Positions 1 to 12,900 are shown, counted from the first letter of the whole stretch. The stretch is DNA of 63,496 nt, filler included, from Octopus bimaculoides (GCF_001194135.2; 5 parts of 5 records of this genome joined end to end with filler, not necessarily neighbours in it); one strand, 5' to 3'. A program made the numbers and translations. The notes: generated by a model not told the origin, from the letters alone.

Positions 1-56
1 GTAGTAGGAGGCATGGAAACAGAGGTGGAGGGGCTAAAGAGGATAAGGGACGAAGA

Positions 57-103
57 GTGGTGGTGGTGGTGGTGGTCGTCGTGATGATGATGGTGATGAT
101 GAA

Positions 104-143
<40 letters not shown>

Positions 144-815
144 GTAATGGTGGAAACAGAGGTGGAGAGGGGTAAAGAGGAAAAGGGACGACGAGAAGGA
201 GAAAAGAGAGAGAGGGTGAAAGTTATGGTAGTGATGGTGGTAGTGTGAGGATGACAACTGTGATGAGTGTAGAGGTAGTGGTGGTGGTGGCTGTGGTGGT
301 GGTGGTGGCTGTGGTGGTNNNNNNNNNNNNNNNNNNNNNNNNNNNNNNNNNNNNNNNNNNNNNNNNNNNNNNNNNNNNNNNNNNNNNNNNNNNNNNNNNN
401 NNNNNNNNNNNNNNNNNNNNNNNNNNNNNNNNNNNNNNNNNNNNNNNNNNNNNNNNNNNNNNNNNNNNNNNNNNNNNNNNNNNNNNNNNNNNNNNNNNNN
501 NNNNNNNNNNNNNNNNNNNNNNNNNNNNNNNNNNNNNNNNNNNNNNNNNNNNNNNNNNNNNNNNNNNNNNNNNNNNNNNNNNNNNNNNNNNNNNNNNNNN
601 NNNNNNNNNNNNNNNNNNNNNGGTGGTGGTGGTGGTGATGATGATGATGATGATGGTAATAATGGTGGCGGCACTTTTCCCTTCGTGGAGTAATGGTGGT
701 GGCGGTAGTGATCGCTGGAGCAGTGGTTGACGATGATAGCGGTGGGGATGATGGTGGTAATGTAGAGGAAAAGGAGGTGGAGGAAGAGACTGCGTAAAAG
801 ATAGATAAATAGATA

Positions 816-853
<38 letters not shown>

Positions 854-960
854 GAGGGAGAGGAAGAAAGAGAAACAAAAGGACTGATAGTAGTTGAGTT
901 AGAGAGGTTGGCTTTGACGATAATGTTGGTAGCAAGAGAGACAGGACGTTCCTTGACCCA
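57..960. repeat. (GTG)n/(ATG)n/(AG)n simple-repeat and purine-rich low-complexity block around an N gap
   Basis: Direct runs such as (ATG)n at ~85-142 and (AG)n at ~820-850. Confidence 0.95.
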
Positions 961-1024
961 CAAATAAAAATAATGGTGAATTTCCTCTCGATCAATTTGA
1001 AAAAATTAAAAACATGCCGAAGCA

Positions 1025-1066
1025 ATCATCATCATCAACATGATGATGATGATCATCATCATCACT

Positions 1067-1131
<65 letters not shown>

Positions 1132-1345
1132 CATCACCATCATCATCATCATCGTCGTCGTCGTCGTCGTTATTGTCGTCGTTATTGTCGTCGTTATTGT
1201 CGTCATCGCCCTCCTCTTCATACTCCCCTCCTCCTCCCATCCACCTCCTCCCCTTCCTTCCACCCCCTCTTCTTCTTTTTCCTCCTCCTCCACCTTCGCC
1301 ACAACCACCACCTCTTCGTCATCGACATCGCCATCGTCGTATGTT
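1025..1345. repeat. (CAT)n/(CGT)n trinucleotide repeats
   Basis: Direct runs of CAT, then CGT and TTATTGTCGTCG units. Confidence 0.95.
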
Positions 1346-1417
1346 GTCATTGTCATAAATACCACCGACATTGTCAATTTCACCAGTCTCAGCTTTGTTG
1401 TTCACCGTGTTGTTGTG

Positions 1418-1555
1418 AGACTCCACCAGATCAGCTCTGATCAAGCTGATCTATAATCAAAGGTATTGTTGCAATAACTATTCAGCTTTGGATTTTTTTT
1501 TTTTAGACACATTCCAATATAATCAGAACAAGATTTGGCTGTAGAAGTTTCTTCG
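1418..1555 (+). mobile_element. Degenerate copy of a dispersed repeat (here 'family F': ...ctgatcgagcagacctatgatcaaagg...gatttggctgctatttctag...)
   Basis: Related segments recur at ~35150-35310, 43400-43510, 49470-49530, 60205-60430 and 62030-62120. Confidence 0.6.
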
Positions 1556-1994
1556 TTGACACACTGCTGTTTTATTGCAATGAATGCAGAATTATTTATC
1601 AAAGACACGTACACTTATGTGTAATACGCGTGTGTGAATGTATGGGCGTGTGTGTTCGTACCTGCGCGCGTGTGTGTGTGTGTGTGTGTGCAGGTGTGTG
1701 CGTGTGTGCGAGTGTGTGTGAATGTGCATGCATGTATGCATATATACACACATATGTACATATACATGCATATATATTTCTATATCGTCATATAATATAT
1801 CATTGGTTATCCGGTCTATCATATTGAGTATGCTTCAGTTCGAGATTTATGGACAACGGTATCTATGTACGTATGTATGTATGTATGTATGTATGTATGT
1901 ACATAATTATATATTATATGTTTATATATATATATATATATATATACGTACACACACAAACACACACACTCACACGCACTGTCACACACATTCA

Positions 1995-2176
1995 TGCACA
2001 GATATCTGCTATACACCAGTATTAAATAGGACTAAATTAATAGATTAGTCTATTAATCTGTGTTATGTGTTGACTACAACAGATTAAATCGACTACCGTT
2101 TGCATTATTCACACCAAACCTAATAAAGCTTAACTCCCTTTATTTTACTGTTAGTCTTTATTTCTGCCATGGAATA

Positions 2177-2227
<51 letters not shown>

Positions 2228-2374
2228 ATGTATGTAAGTATGTATGCATGTATGTATGTGTGCTGGTATGTATATACGTATGTATTTTCTGATGTAATTT
2301 CGCAAATTTCTCGGCAATAGAGAAATGTAGTATTTGTACAGGTAGTCACATGTGGATATGTAATTCCATTGCTC

Positions 2375-2439
<65 letters not shown>

Positions 2440-2680
2440 TGAATGCACAAGCATCTTCCCTGCATATACACCTGGATTAGTAGGACTAAATAGATAGATT
2501 AGCCAATGTAATCACTAATCTGTGCAAAGTAGTCTGCATCACATTAAAGTCAACCGCTCTATCTATTATTCATTACTAACCTAACAAAGCTTAATTCCCT
2601 TTCTTTACCTCTTGCTCTTTCTGTGCCCCTTTCAGTCTGTCTGTCTGCCTGCCTGCTTATCTGTCTGTCTGTCTGTTTGA
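1995..2680. repeat. Diverged ~450-bp tandem duplication including flanking microsatellites
   Basis: taggactaaat...ttattca...aaccta..aaagcttaa.tccctt occurs at ~2027-2140 and ~2481-2605. Each copy is preceded by (CA)n and followed by (TGTC)n. Confidence 0.75.
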
Positions 2681-3254
2681 CTGTATGTTTGTAATGTCTG
2701 TTCTATTTTCTGGTTTTATTGCTCAAATCCTCAGCCATGAAAAGGAGTTGGTGCTCAATTTAGTAAAACAAAAAAATGTCTTTCATTGGATTTTAGATGG
2801 CGTCAATAAGGTAGCCACGTATCTACGTACATATGTCTGTCTGTCTGTCTGTCTGTATGTATGTCTGTCTGTCTGTCTGTCTGTCTGTATGTATGTACGT
2901 ATGTATGTATGTACGTATGTATGTATGTATGTATGTATGAATTTGCACACGTATGATTATGTATCCTTGCATGCATATGATCGCGTGTGTGAATCTGCAC
3001 ATTTTGATTTATGCATATACGCATATAGATATAATTGTATGGTTTTCGTTTTAGCTGCCGGCTTTAAGTTTCGCCTGATGGCTAATCCAACCAATCTTGT
3101 GGAAATTTAAAGCGTCATTCAAAATATTTTATAATAAATTTGACTTTATATTCTTTATTCGACCTGCCATCAGTGAATATTCTTTTGTTAGACTTAACCT
3201 TGCTTTAATATACAGCTTTAATTTAACATTTATATTTGCGTGCCTACAGATGTG

Positions 3255-3700
3255 TTTATGTACAAGAAGCTAAATTTCTACAATGATTTACATATTTTTG
3301 TGATTCTATTAATGACTGATAAGAATAATTTTCAATTTATCCGTGTCCCTTCTGGTTTTGTGAAGCCCAACTTCTCCAGACTGGTGCTGAGGCAATAAGT
3401 TATATAACCAAGTGTACTCCCTCCCCAAATCACAGGCATAAATCTTAAGTTATTATTTCAATTTCCTTGTATAGCGTTTTGGACACATGCTTCGTAGATA
3501 ATATGCTAGTAGCATTTTCAGATAGCTGCTTATGATATGGGTAACATCTGCAGTATTAATCACAGTTGTTATATTAAAGTTTTTCACATACCTCCATATC
3601 CCTTTAGTACATCAGGTATTTTCTTATTTCCTGTTCTTGGATTGCAAAAAACATACTTCGAAGTGAGAGCTAATATAAAGTTGTTGTTTTTTTTTTAATC
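3255..3700 (-). pseudogene. Decayed 3' end of an RLE-type (R4/Dong-like) non-LTR retrotransposon
   Basis: Minus-strand pieces read FAIQEQEI, DVTHIISS and CLSTSLEKLGFTKPE...KICKS, resembling the zinc-knuckle/RLE tail; stops and frameshifts are present. Confidence 0.7.
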
Positions 3701-3849
3701 CATGATATTCTTCTCTGGTTATTTATGTTATTATCATTCTGAAGATTTCTAATTATAGTCATACATGATTTTCCGCTGATAAACAGAAAGCCTTTCATTT
3801 GATGTTTTGCTGCTGCAGAAGCGAGCAAATTTCTTGGCTGTGCATCTTT

Positions 3850-4745
3850 GGTAATTAATCAAGGAATAGTTTCCGGGAATTTCTTTCAAACTCATATGAA
3901 ACTATTTGTATTATCTTATACAGACATGATTCATATATGTACTTTGACACTTGACGGTCAGTTAACACACGCTGTCGAAGAGTTATGATACAGCATTCAA
4001 AGACTGTTGGATTTATAGGTGGAAATGCAGATTTATAATCTGGGAAGAGCAGTTGTAAGTTTCCAAGCACTTGATCATAAATATTTCTTTATTACAGATG
4101 TTTAATGATATGCTTATATCTGCTGGACATTTGAACCCTACAACTGCCTATGATTTATGATTTCGATCTAAAACGGCAATATCAGTCTCGTATTTGCATT
4201 TGGCAGAAGTTCTAATGGGAATGTTTCACCGATATTTCTTGAGTTGTAACATGCGAATGTAGTAAACACTAGATAAAAATCTTTGGTAGGGATATCGTTT
4301 TATCGCTGTAGAAAGTATTTTACCAACAGCATCATGCCATGGAAAAAGGTAACATCTTTTTGAAAATTTAGAGTAGTTGTTAATCAAGTGTAACACTTTT
4401 GTTATCAAGGGCTTGCGAAAAATTCGGAAGATTTCCCTTAACATTTACTTTAATTTTGTTTCCGAAAATTGGAAGGTTAATGTCGAATCCATTTTGATAA
4501 TTGAGAATTCCGAGTCCAAATCTTGGTAAAGTCAATGTATAACATTATCGATATTTTACTTATATTTTGTGAGTATAGGAATTTCATTGTGTTTTTTGTT
4601 AAACACGTGTTTTGTAGCTATCTCTTCCTCTTGGATTACGAACACACAGTTTTTGAAATACAAGATGCTGTAATGATCTCCTGTGCAATAATGTCTACAC
4701 TCCTTGTCAAAGCATTCTTCTAAAGTTTCGCGAAACATAATGGAA

Positions 4746-4793
<48 letters not shown>

Positions 4794-5560
4794 GATAATC
4801 TTCATCCCCTTTTTTAAACTGATGAATACTATATATATGCATAATATGTTTAATTGTATACCATGTATATAATTCGTCTGCCTTTACGTTCTGAGTTCAA
4901 ATTCCTCCGAGGCCTACCTTGCCTTTCAACCTTTCGGGGTCGATAAAATAAGTACCAGTAGAGCACTGGAGCCAATGTTGTTTCCCATTCTTCTCCTTCA
5001 AAATTTCATGTCTTGTGCCTTTAGTATAAAGGATTATTATCTTTTTTTTTTTTGTAACAGGTTATGTAGAATGTTTCTCCTGGTCATTGCTGAGTTACAT
5101 ATGTCCAGTAGTCCTGGAGTCGTATGACAAATATTCAAGTATTAAATAGTTTGTTCTTGGGCAAGTTCACTCCCCATCTGTATGACGTTGCTCTCGTCAC
5201 TTTTGAGAACTTGGTGGAAGTATATATTTTGCTGATGTCATTTAGCAAATGAAGGCGAAGTGATATCACACGTCTTTCAAAGCCTGTCTAAATTGTTCTC
5301 GAGTATTAAAACCACTTCCCATCTGAGATGGAGCCTTTAATATCATTATTTTTGTTGAAGCTTTCAGTTGATATAAAGAATTGTGTAGGTTTTGCTATTA
5401 AAGGGATTGGATTACTCTATAGTCCAGTCAAGTATCTTAATGCTAATAAGGGTAGTGGTATTAAAAATACATTGTGAGATATTATCTTGTTGCAAGATGA
5501 GAGCTCCGACTGATATATATGTTTTTGAACCATAGTGTATTATCTTCAGTTGTTCTTTGT
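3850..5560 (-). pseudogene. Decayed RLE-type (R4/Dong-like) LINE: RT remnant to C-terminus, interrupted by a SINE
   Basis: Motif remnants occur in the expected order: ILQQDNISQ (QGD-like), EQTI*YLNI (YKYLG-like), FVIQEEEIATK, HLINNYSKFSKRCYLFPWHDAVGK, NLQLLFPDYK. Confidence 0.65.
4871..5040 (+). mobile_element. SINE family A, 5'-truncated
   Basis: ttacgttctgagttcaaattc...cctttcggggtcgataaaataagtaccag...ggattattat is shared with five other copies in the window. Confidence 0.85.
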
Positions 5561-6681
5561 TCAGACCAACAGTATATTTTCCAGAATTCTCTGGTAGCTC
5601 ACATTGTGTTAAAGTGGAGCGGGAGAGAGAGAAAGAAAGAAAAGTAACAGAAAGAGGTACCAGAAAGAGTAACAGAGTGAGTGAGAGAAAGAGAGAGAGA
5701 AAGAGAGAAGGGGGATGGAGAGAGGGGAGAATGGTAAGAAATTACTTACGATCAGCTATCTTGTATTAAAATTTTGTTTGGTTAAATTCCAGCCTTATAT
5801 CATTTGAAAATGCTATTAAATCCAACTGTTTCACGCCATAATTAACATAGTAAATTCAGAATTTCAGATCGCAAAAAAAAAAAAAAAAAAAAAAAAAAGA
5901 CATTGAGTAATCTGGTGTTTCATGTATTGTAAGACCTGGCCTTATACGGAAGAAATGAGAATAGGTTTGATTTTAAAATAGTCATAAGCACAAACAGTGA
6001 ATCATTGGAATATTAATTTCACAAAAGTCGTAGCGCCAGAAACAATAGTCGCGCGTTCATTTACAAGGAGACAGATGGTTGCCATGTCTTTGGAAGTATT
6101 TCAATGTCAGCAACCGAGTTAGAAAGTACTCTTACCAAATACAATAACTCAAGAAATTAATGTGTGAGAACTCGTCAGGCACCTTCAGACTTAGACGCTA
6201 TGCTGTCAATGTTCTTTTTGCATTAAAAAAAAAAAATTCAGACAACACGTATTTATTACTAAAAAGTTGTTCGACAGATTCTCGCACAACCTTTTGCCAT
6301 CTGTCAACTCATCAGTTATTGTCTTGCTAGATGGTCTCAATGGTCTCAGAAGAATCGGTTTAAATACCTTTATCTAAAGCTTAGTATATAATGTTTAAGT
6401 AACCAAGTAGGCATCTATTTAAGTGGAGATAACATATTTAATGCAGTCAACCAAATAAATGCTTAATGAATCGAAATTACTCTCGCAGCAGTGAAAAGGG
6501 AAAAAAAATCAGCTTAAATGATTAATTCTAATGAAAAATAAAAAATAAAACTCCGAAACGTATGTGTGTGTGTGTGTGCGCGCGCGTATGTATGTATGTA
6601 TGTATATAAGTATATGTTTGTATGGATGTACGTATATATATATATATATATATACACATGCATACATATATATACATATAT

Positions 6682-6726
<45 letters not shown>

Positions 6727-7222
6727 CGCGCGCGCGTGTGTATANNNNNNNNNNNNNNNNNNNNNNNNNNNNNNNNNNNNNNNNNNNNNNNNNNNNNNNN
6801 NNNNNNNNNNNNNNNNNNNNNNNNNNNNNNNNNNNNNNNNNNNNNNNNNNNNNNNNNNNNNNNNNNNNNNNNNNNNNNNNNNNNNNNNNNNNNNNNNNNN
6901 NNNNNNNNNNNNNNNNNNNNNNNNNNNNNNNNNNNNNNNNNNNNNNNNNNNNNNNNNNNNNNNNNNNNNNNNNNNNNNNNNNNNNNNNNNNNNNNNNNNN
7001 NNNNNNNNNNNNNNNNNNNNNNNNNNNNNNNNNNNNNNNNNNNNNNNNNNNNNNNNNNNNNNNNNNNNNNNNNNNNNNNNNNNNNNNNNNNNNNNNNNNN
7101 NNNNNNNNNNNNNNNNNNNNNNNNNNNNNNNNNNNNNNNNNNNNNNNNNNNNNNNNNNNNNNNNNNNNNNNNNNNNNNNNNNNNNNNNNNNNNNNNNNNN
7201 NNNNNNNNNNTATATGAACATA

Positions 7223-7437
7223 CGAGGGGCGCTGAAAAGTTCCTGCCTTTGGGAAAAAGAAGATACAAGAAGATCAGTTAATTATGATTTTATTCAACAT
7301 ATTCCCCTCTCAGATTCACACACTTATGGCAGCGGTCCTTCAGTTTTTCTAAGCCCTGTAAAAGAACTCCGAAGGTTTGACCTCCAGCCAGGCCTTTCGC
7401 GACACCCTTAATGCCAGGAACTTTTCAGCACCCCTCG
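7223..7437. mobile_element. Mariner-type MITE
   Basis: TIRs CGAGGGGYGCTGAAAAGTTCCTG at both ends; TA duplications at 7221-7222 and 7438-7439. Confidence 0.92.
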
Positions 7438-8565
7438 TACTGAGTCATATACATACAGACACATCCACATTTATTCCTCTACGTATGCATTGTTATTATC
7501 AGAAAAAAACTTAGTGCTGAAGACGAGATCTTCAAATTTTCTTGTGCTACATCTGAAGCAAATAAATTTTCTGAATTTCCCCACTCACTTCTCATGCTGA
7601 ACTTGGGGGAAAAAAAGCGAAGAAAGACGTTTTTCATTTTCTTCCGCCAGAATACGAAGGAAACTTTGCAAATGTGATGTGTCAACCATCTGATGATCGA
7701 TATAGATAGACTAAAATATAATCAATCGGAAAAACTCTGTTAGCTCTTGGTCGCATGACATGTCGTCTGCTTTCTTTCTCACTTTTACCCTCACTCTCTC
7801 TTTCAACCTTTCTATTGTTCACGTGATATATCATCATCATCATCATCACTTCTTCTTCTTCTTCTTCTTCTTTTGATCATGTACATTGCGTCGTCGCTTC
7901 AGTGTATCAATGTTTCTGTCCTCCTCCTCCTCCTTTCTCTCTCTTTTCGTTTCTTCTTCCTTCAAATGTTCCATTGGTACCACCATCTCTTTGTTTTTGT
8001 TATTTGTTCTCTTCACTCCGTCCGTCTTGCTGTACCTCTTCCCCTCACTATCTCTTACATCTTACCCCTCCTCTTTTCGATTCCTGAACACACACACACA
8101 CACACACACGCACACACGCACACACACACGCACACACACACACACATTCATTCATTCACACATAAGCTCATGTATAAGTGCAAGTGCACGACTACACACA
8201 CACAAACAAACATTCATCCATTCATTCATACATATGCTGATGTACAAGTGCACGGCTGCACACACACACACACACACAGAGATTTTTATATTTCGCAAAT
8301 ATTATAAAAGACATGAAATTAGTGTCTTACTTAAGTGCATATTAAGTGATAGTATGTACTTAGAAATATGTGTGACAATTGTCAATTGTATTAAATTTAC
8401 ACAGCAACTTCAAAACCAAGCAGCTTAAAACTATTCTTTATATTTTAATTCTATACGGATCGAAGTATCTTGCCTCGCCGACGGCTTTGCTTCTCCAGCG
8501 ATTCAAGATATCTCTATCTATATGAAATACAAACCGAGAGAAAAGTACGTAAATTACTTGGTTAA

Positions 8566-10384
8566 GCAACTGTGTATATTCATGAAAATTGTCTGATATG
8601 CTTTATGTGTGAATACATATTTCACTTGAAATGCACTTTAATGACGCACTGTGGGTCTGGGTCGGGCCAATTCACAAGACGGAATTCGCCGATTGGGAAG
8701 GTGTTCACCACCGTACATATGTCACTATCCGACACGACCTCCGCAGTCACCTGCGGAGGCCAGTCCGGATCCTTAGTACAGGTGAGGATTCCCTCCCTCC
8801 GACCCTTCCTAGTACACTTTTTCACGAATTTATGTAAGGCCCCTCCCTTGCGGAATAAGATTAGCCATTCCTGCTCCTCACAGGGCGAGCCCACAGCTTC
8901 TACTATCGGCGGCACAATTCCCGCCGACAAGCTCTCCTCCGTTGGTTGCACAATTCCCATCAACAGGGCGTCGGGACACGCCGGCGGTGCACTATCGAGC
9001 GCCGGCCGTACCCCGTAATTTTTTTCTTTTTCTTTGGGGCCACTGGAGTAGGGCACACTTCCACCTTTGCTGGAAGGTCCTCCTCCTCCCCCGCGATTTT
9101 CGGTGGGCAACCATTGTTGCCCACCGTCTTCCTTTTCTTTCCTTTCTTCGAGGAGGTGGAAACCTCCTCGACTTCCTCCGTCTCTCCCTCCACTGGGGGA
9201 GCGGGGGAAACTACATTCAATAACTGTTCCAGGACCTTACTCTGGTCCTGGGGACAGTCTTTCTTGATGTAACCGGGCTTCAGACACAGGTGACACTTGG
9301 GGGGACGTCCCTCAAGGATCACCGGATATCTGTGCCCAGCCATCCTCAAAAAATCTGGAAATACCAGATCTTTGGCTGATTGGGTCCACATGGTCAAAAC
9401 AGTCTTTGACCCAACCCAATCAGCCGATGGAAGTATTTTCACATTAAGGAGCTTGGCTCCGCTTCCACCCAGCCCCTGGCGGATTGTGTCCTCAATCCAC
9501 TCAGGCTCAATACCGGGTGGCAGCCCACACATCCAAGCTCTAGTTAATTTCTTCCCACAATATGTGGGAAGAAACAAAATGTTCTGCCTTTCTAAGGGCT
9601 GGCTCGCAAAATTGCGAGCCACCTCAGGGGTGTCAAATAGCAACCAAACCGTTGTATACTTGACACCCCTGGTTATGAACTTGATAGTGACCAGATGCTC
9701 CGCCAGCTCACTCTCTATCTCGACCTTGGGAAAGACCGTAATGGTGTCGAGTGCCTTTGAGTAGGTTCTGAGCACCACCGTTCTTTCCCTAAAATCCTTT
9801 AACCACTGCTTGGGTGGGACAATTTCCCACTCCAAGACATGGTTCTTCTTTTCAATTTCTGCTATGTCCGAAAAGTTCAATACAATATTTCAACACAATA
9901 CTCTCAAAAATGTAAGTTAGAAAAAAACAGGATGAAAGAGAAGAAAAAATAAATTCCAAAGAGAGAGAAAGAAGAACCAAAATTAGAAGAAAAGAAAAAA
10001 TAAGAAAGGAAAAAAAAAAGAAACAAATAACAATGTTCAGACAGGGAATCCTAGGTTCTGCAAAAAAGTTCTCTTCACCAGGTAATCCAGCAGTCAGACT
10101 TCTCTTCTTGGCGTAAGGTAAATCCACGAGAAATATCACGCTTACAAAAATGTTAAGATTCTGGCGAAAAGAAACGCCACACAAAATTTAACAAAAGTTC
10201 AAAAAAAATTTTCAGTCTGTCGTTGCGGCGGCATGCCCACCAACAACGACGAACGAGAAACACAATTTTTGCTCGCTAAGCACCTCGGTCGACTCTCACA
10301 GTTCAATTTTTGGACGGCATTAACACACGTCCACACCTGTTCATCAGCAAGTAACTACTGCAACGTGCAAGACCGGAAGCAGGC
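8566..10384 (-). mobile_element. ORF1-only L1/Tx1-like retroelement (5' leader, ORF1, short 3' region); ends tentative
   Basis: A ~500-nt leader precedes ORF1 and no EN/RT ORF follows. Near-identical 11-mers tacttg(g/t)ttaa at 8555-8565 and 10385-10395 may be a TSD. Confidence 0.55.
8622..9880 (-). CDS. Gag-like ORF1 nucleic-acid-binding protein (L1/Tx1 type), one -1 frameshift, TTG start
   Basis: 306-aa ORF (8960-9880) with zinc knuckle CHLCLKPGYIKKDC (CX2CX4[H>Y]X4C) after YPVILEGRPPK, plus a basic/acidic linker. It overlaps ORF 8622-9110 across the A7 run at 9019-9025; adding one A gives ~419 aa. Confidence 0.75.
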
Positions 10385-11219
10385 TACTTGTTTAACTGGA
10401 TCACAGCTAGTTGTTTAACTGACTGCATACATGCCATAAACGTAAAAGTTGATTAGTTGCCAAACAACGACATACTTATGTAGCAACTTAAAAGAATTAC
10501 AAATGGTCTCTCTTCCTTGTTATTTTAGATTTTAAACACATTTAAAGGGAAGTTTGAGCTGTACATTACTTGGATAATCTCATATGATTGAAAATGTTGA
10601 ACTCAATATATTATGTATGCGAGACGCTACTGCATTTGTATTTAATATACACACACACTATATATTACATTAAAAATATGGTCTTAAAAATTTAACATGT
10701 TCGAATTTACAGGCACGCATTAAGAGTAAATATGTAAGTCATTGTTTCGAAACCTACTGTTCACCGTGCATATGACAATTTATTATCCGTAGATAGATAT
10801 CGACATGGATCAGCGAACAAACTATTCACTGAAATTATAAGCATGAACCACGGCTTTTGTTCGATTTAGTGACCTGAAGGTGCTTCAGTTTGAAAAGACA
10901 CATGTTGAAATACCGGTGTCTCAGAATATCTTGTACTAACGAATCGAGCATGTTATGAATACATATTCATCGTAAAAGAGAAGCTGTACTCCTATGACGA
11001 ACACAACAGCGGTTAGCATCCTCACATTCGTATCTGCTGGAACGTATTAAAAATAAATACGCAAGTCATCGTTAACATTTTATTTTTCAAGTAAAGCTAG
11101 TTTTATATGGTTCCTTTTCAGTTCGAACACAGCGAATGATAAGGGTTCATAAATCCAATTGCGCTTGATGACGGCTAGAGACTAAATGTGGTGTTTTATA
11201 ACAAAAACAACAGAAACCA

Positions 11220-11260
<41 letters not shown>

Positions 11261-12192
11261 ACAACAACAATAACAGCGATATACACGAAAACAAACGAGC
11301 AACACAGGAAACTCTCAGAAAGTACGAAGCTATTAGTGAGGAAGATGTTTTAAGTTTCTTCCCCCAAGTAGTTTAATTATAATTCCATCGCAGAAGTTTA
11401 GAAAGGAAAATATAGAAAACTGATAAGAAGAGCAAAGGAAAAGAGCAGTTGAAATGTATTTCAAGTGAATAATAATACTTACTGTTGTAGTCTGGTTATC
11501 ATGTTTATGGCTGTTCCTTAACTTCACCATTATGGTATTGTCTGCAAGACATTAGAACAAATCGATATAAATTAAACTGCAATAAATTCTGTATATGTAT
11601 ATATATATATATATACATATGCGCGCGCCCACTAACGCGTATGTGTTTGTGTATGCGCGTAGTGAATGCGTGTATATGTGTGTGTATGAATGTGTGGTTT
11701 TATAAGTTACTCCGGTCAGGAGAGGTCATCCTCGTGACCGTCGTCGGCTTTTCTATCCAGCTTGCACATTGGTAGGTGAAATCATAGGTTCAGTTTGGAT
11801 GTTTGCTGTAGAGTAAACTCCACTAAAGGCACTCAAGGATCAGATTTTGATATTAAAGCCAGTCGCTTGTTGGGCTTAAAACTGTCTGCGTGTGTTTCTG
11901 TGTGTATGTGTATGACTCTGTGTGTATGAGTGTGCAGGCGCGCATGCATGTTTGTTTTTGAATGTGTGTCTTTGTGCATCGGTGTTCTAAAAGATTTTGC
12001 GTTGGTTTTAGTGACGAGTAATTTCAGTTGTTCGATCGACCAAATATTTAAAAAAAAAAACCGCAGCGCAATCAGGAAGTATCAAGTTCGATCCCGTTCT
12101 GGAAAATTTGGAGAATGGAACTGTAAAATTGCTACAATGAATATTCAGATTAAAATGAGCAACAACAACACTAATAATAATAATAATAATAA

Positions 12193-12399
12193 TAATCGTT
12201 TCTACTTTAGGCACAAGGCTCGACATTTTGCTGGAGGGGGCCAGTCGATTAAATCGACCTCAGTGTGAAACTGGTACTTAATTTATCGACCCCAGAAGGA
12301 TGAATGGCAAAGTCGACCTCGGGGGAATTTGAACTCAGAACATAACGACAGACGAAATACCGCTAAGCATTTCGCCCGGTATGCTAACGTTTCCGCCAA
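12193..12399 (-). mobile_element. SINE family A with (TAA)n tail
   Basis: Reverse complement of the family-A consensus (gtcgacctcg...gaatttgaactcagaac...gctaagcatttcgcccgg). Confidence 0.9.
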
Positions 12400-12439
12400 C
12401 AATAATAATAATAATAATAATAATAAGCAGAAGTAGTGA

Positions 12440-12780
12440 GGGAGCATCATAGCGATGTGTTGAGAAGAAATCTTTGGGGTTTGGATAATTCACCTCTGGA
12501 AGCATGGGTGTTTTATTCAGCATCCTTAAACAACCCTTCTTCAGGGACCTTTTGAGCGGTATGGGCTACTCAACCTGAAGAAAATTCTAACTGGGCCCCA
12601 CCTGCAAGGTCATGCGCTGTAATCTTGATATGAGATCATCTTGTCGTGCACATATGGTTGTGATGCATGTGCCTGGTGTACCGTTATCAGACGGGTATAC
12701 TGGGCTTCGTATATTTTACCCCAGTGTCACTTTGGTGGCATGTACAGCTCTCTCACTCAATAATAATAATAATAATAATG
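12440..12780 (+). mobile_element. Dispersed repeat ending in (TAA)n; probable SINE or LINE 3' end
   Basis: GC-balanced ~320-bp block between TAA tracts. Recognised from memory as a common octopus repeat; single copy in this window. Confidence 0.5.
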
Positions 12781-12865
12781 ATGATGATGATACCGCCGCG
12801 AATACCAAACAGCGAGCTGTCAGGAAGATAGATCAAATCACAAAGCAGGAATTAAGAATCCGCCG

Positions 12866-12900
<35 letters not shown>

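Noticed and set aside
57-3110. Poly-His/Met/Val/Asp and CVCV/HTHT ORFs here and throughout the window
   Set aside because: They are translations of microsatellites or N gaps with no coding signal.
5061-5138. Exon-like segment after a T-rich acceptor
   Set aside because: It lies antisense within the decayed RLE-LINE, and the T tract abuts a SINE tail.
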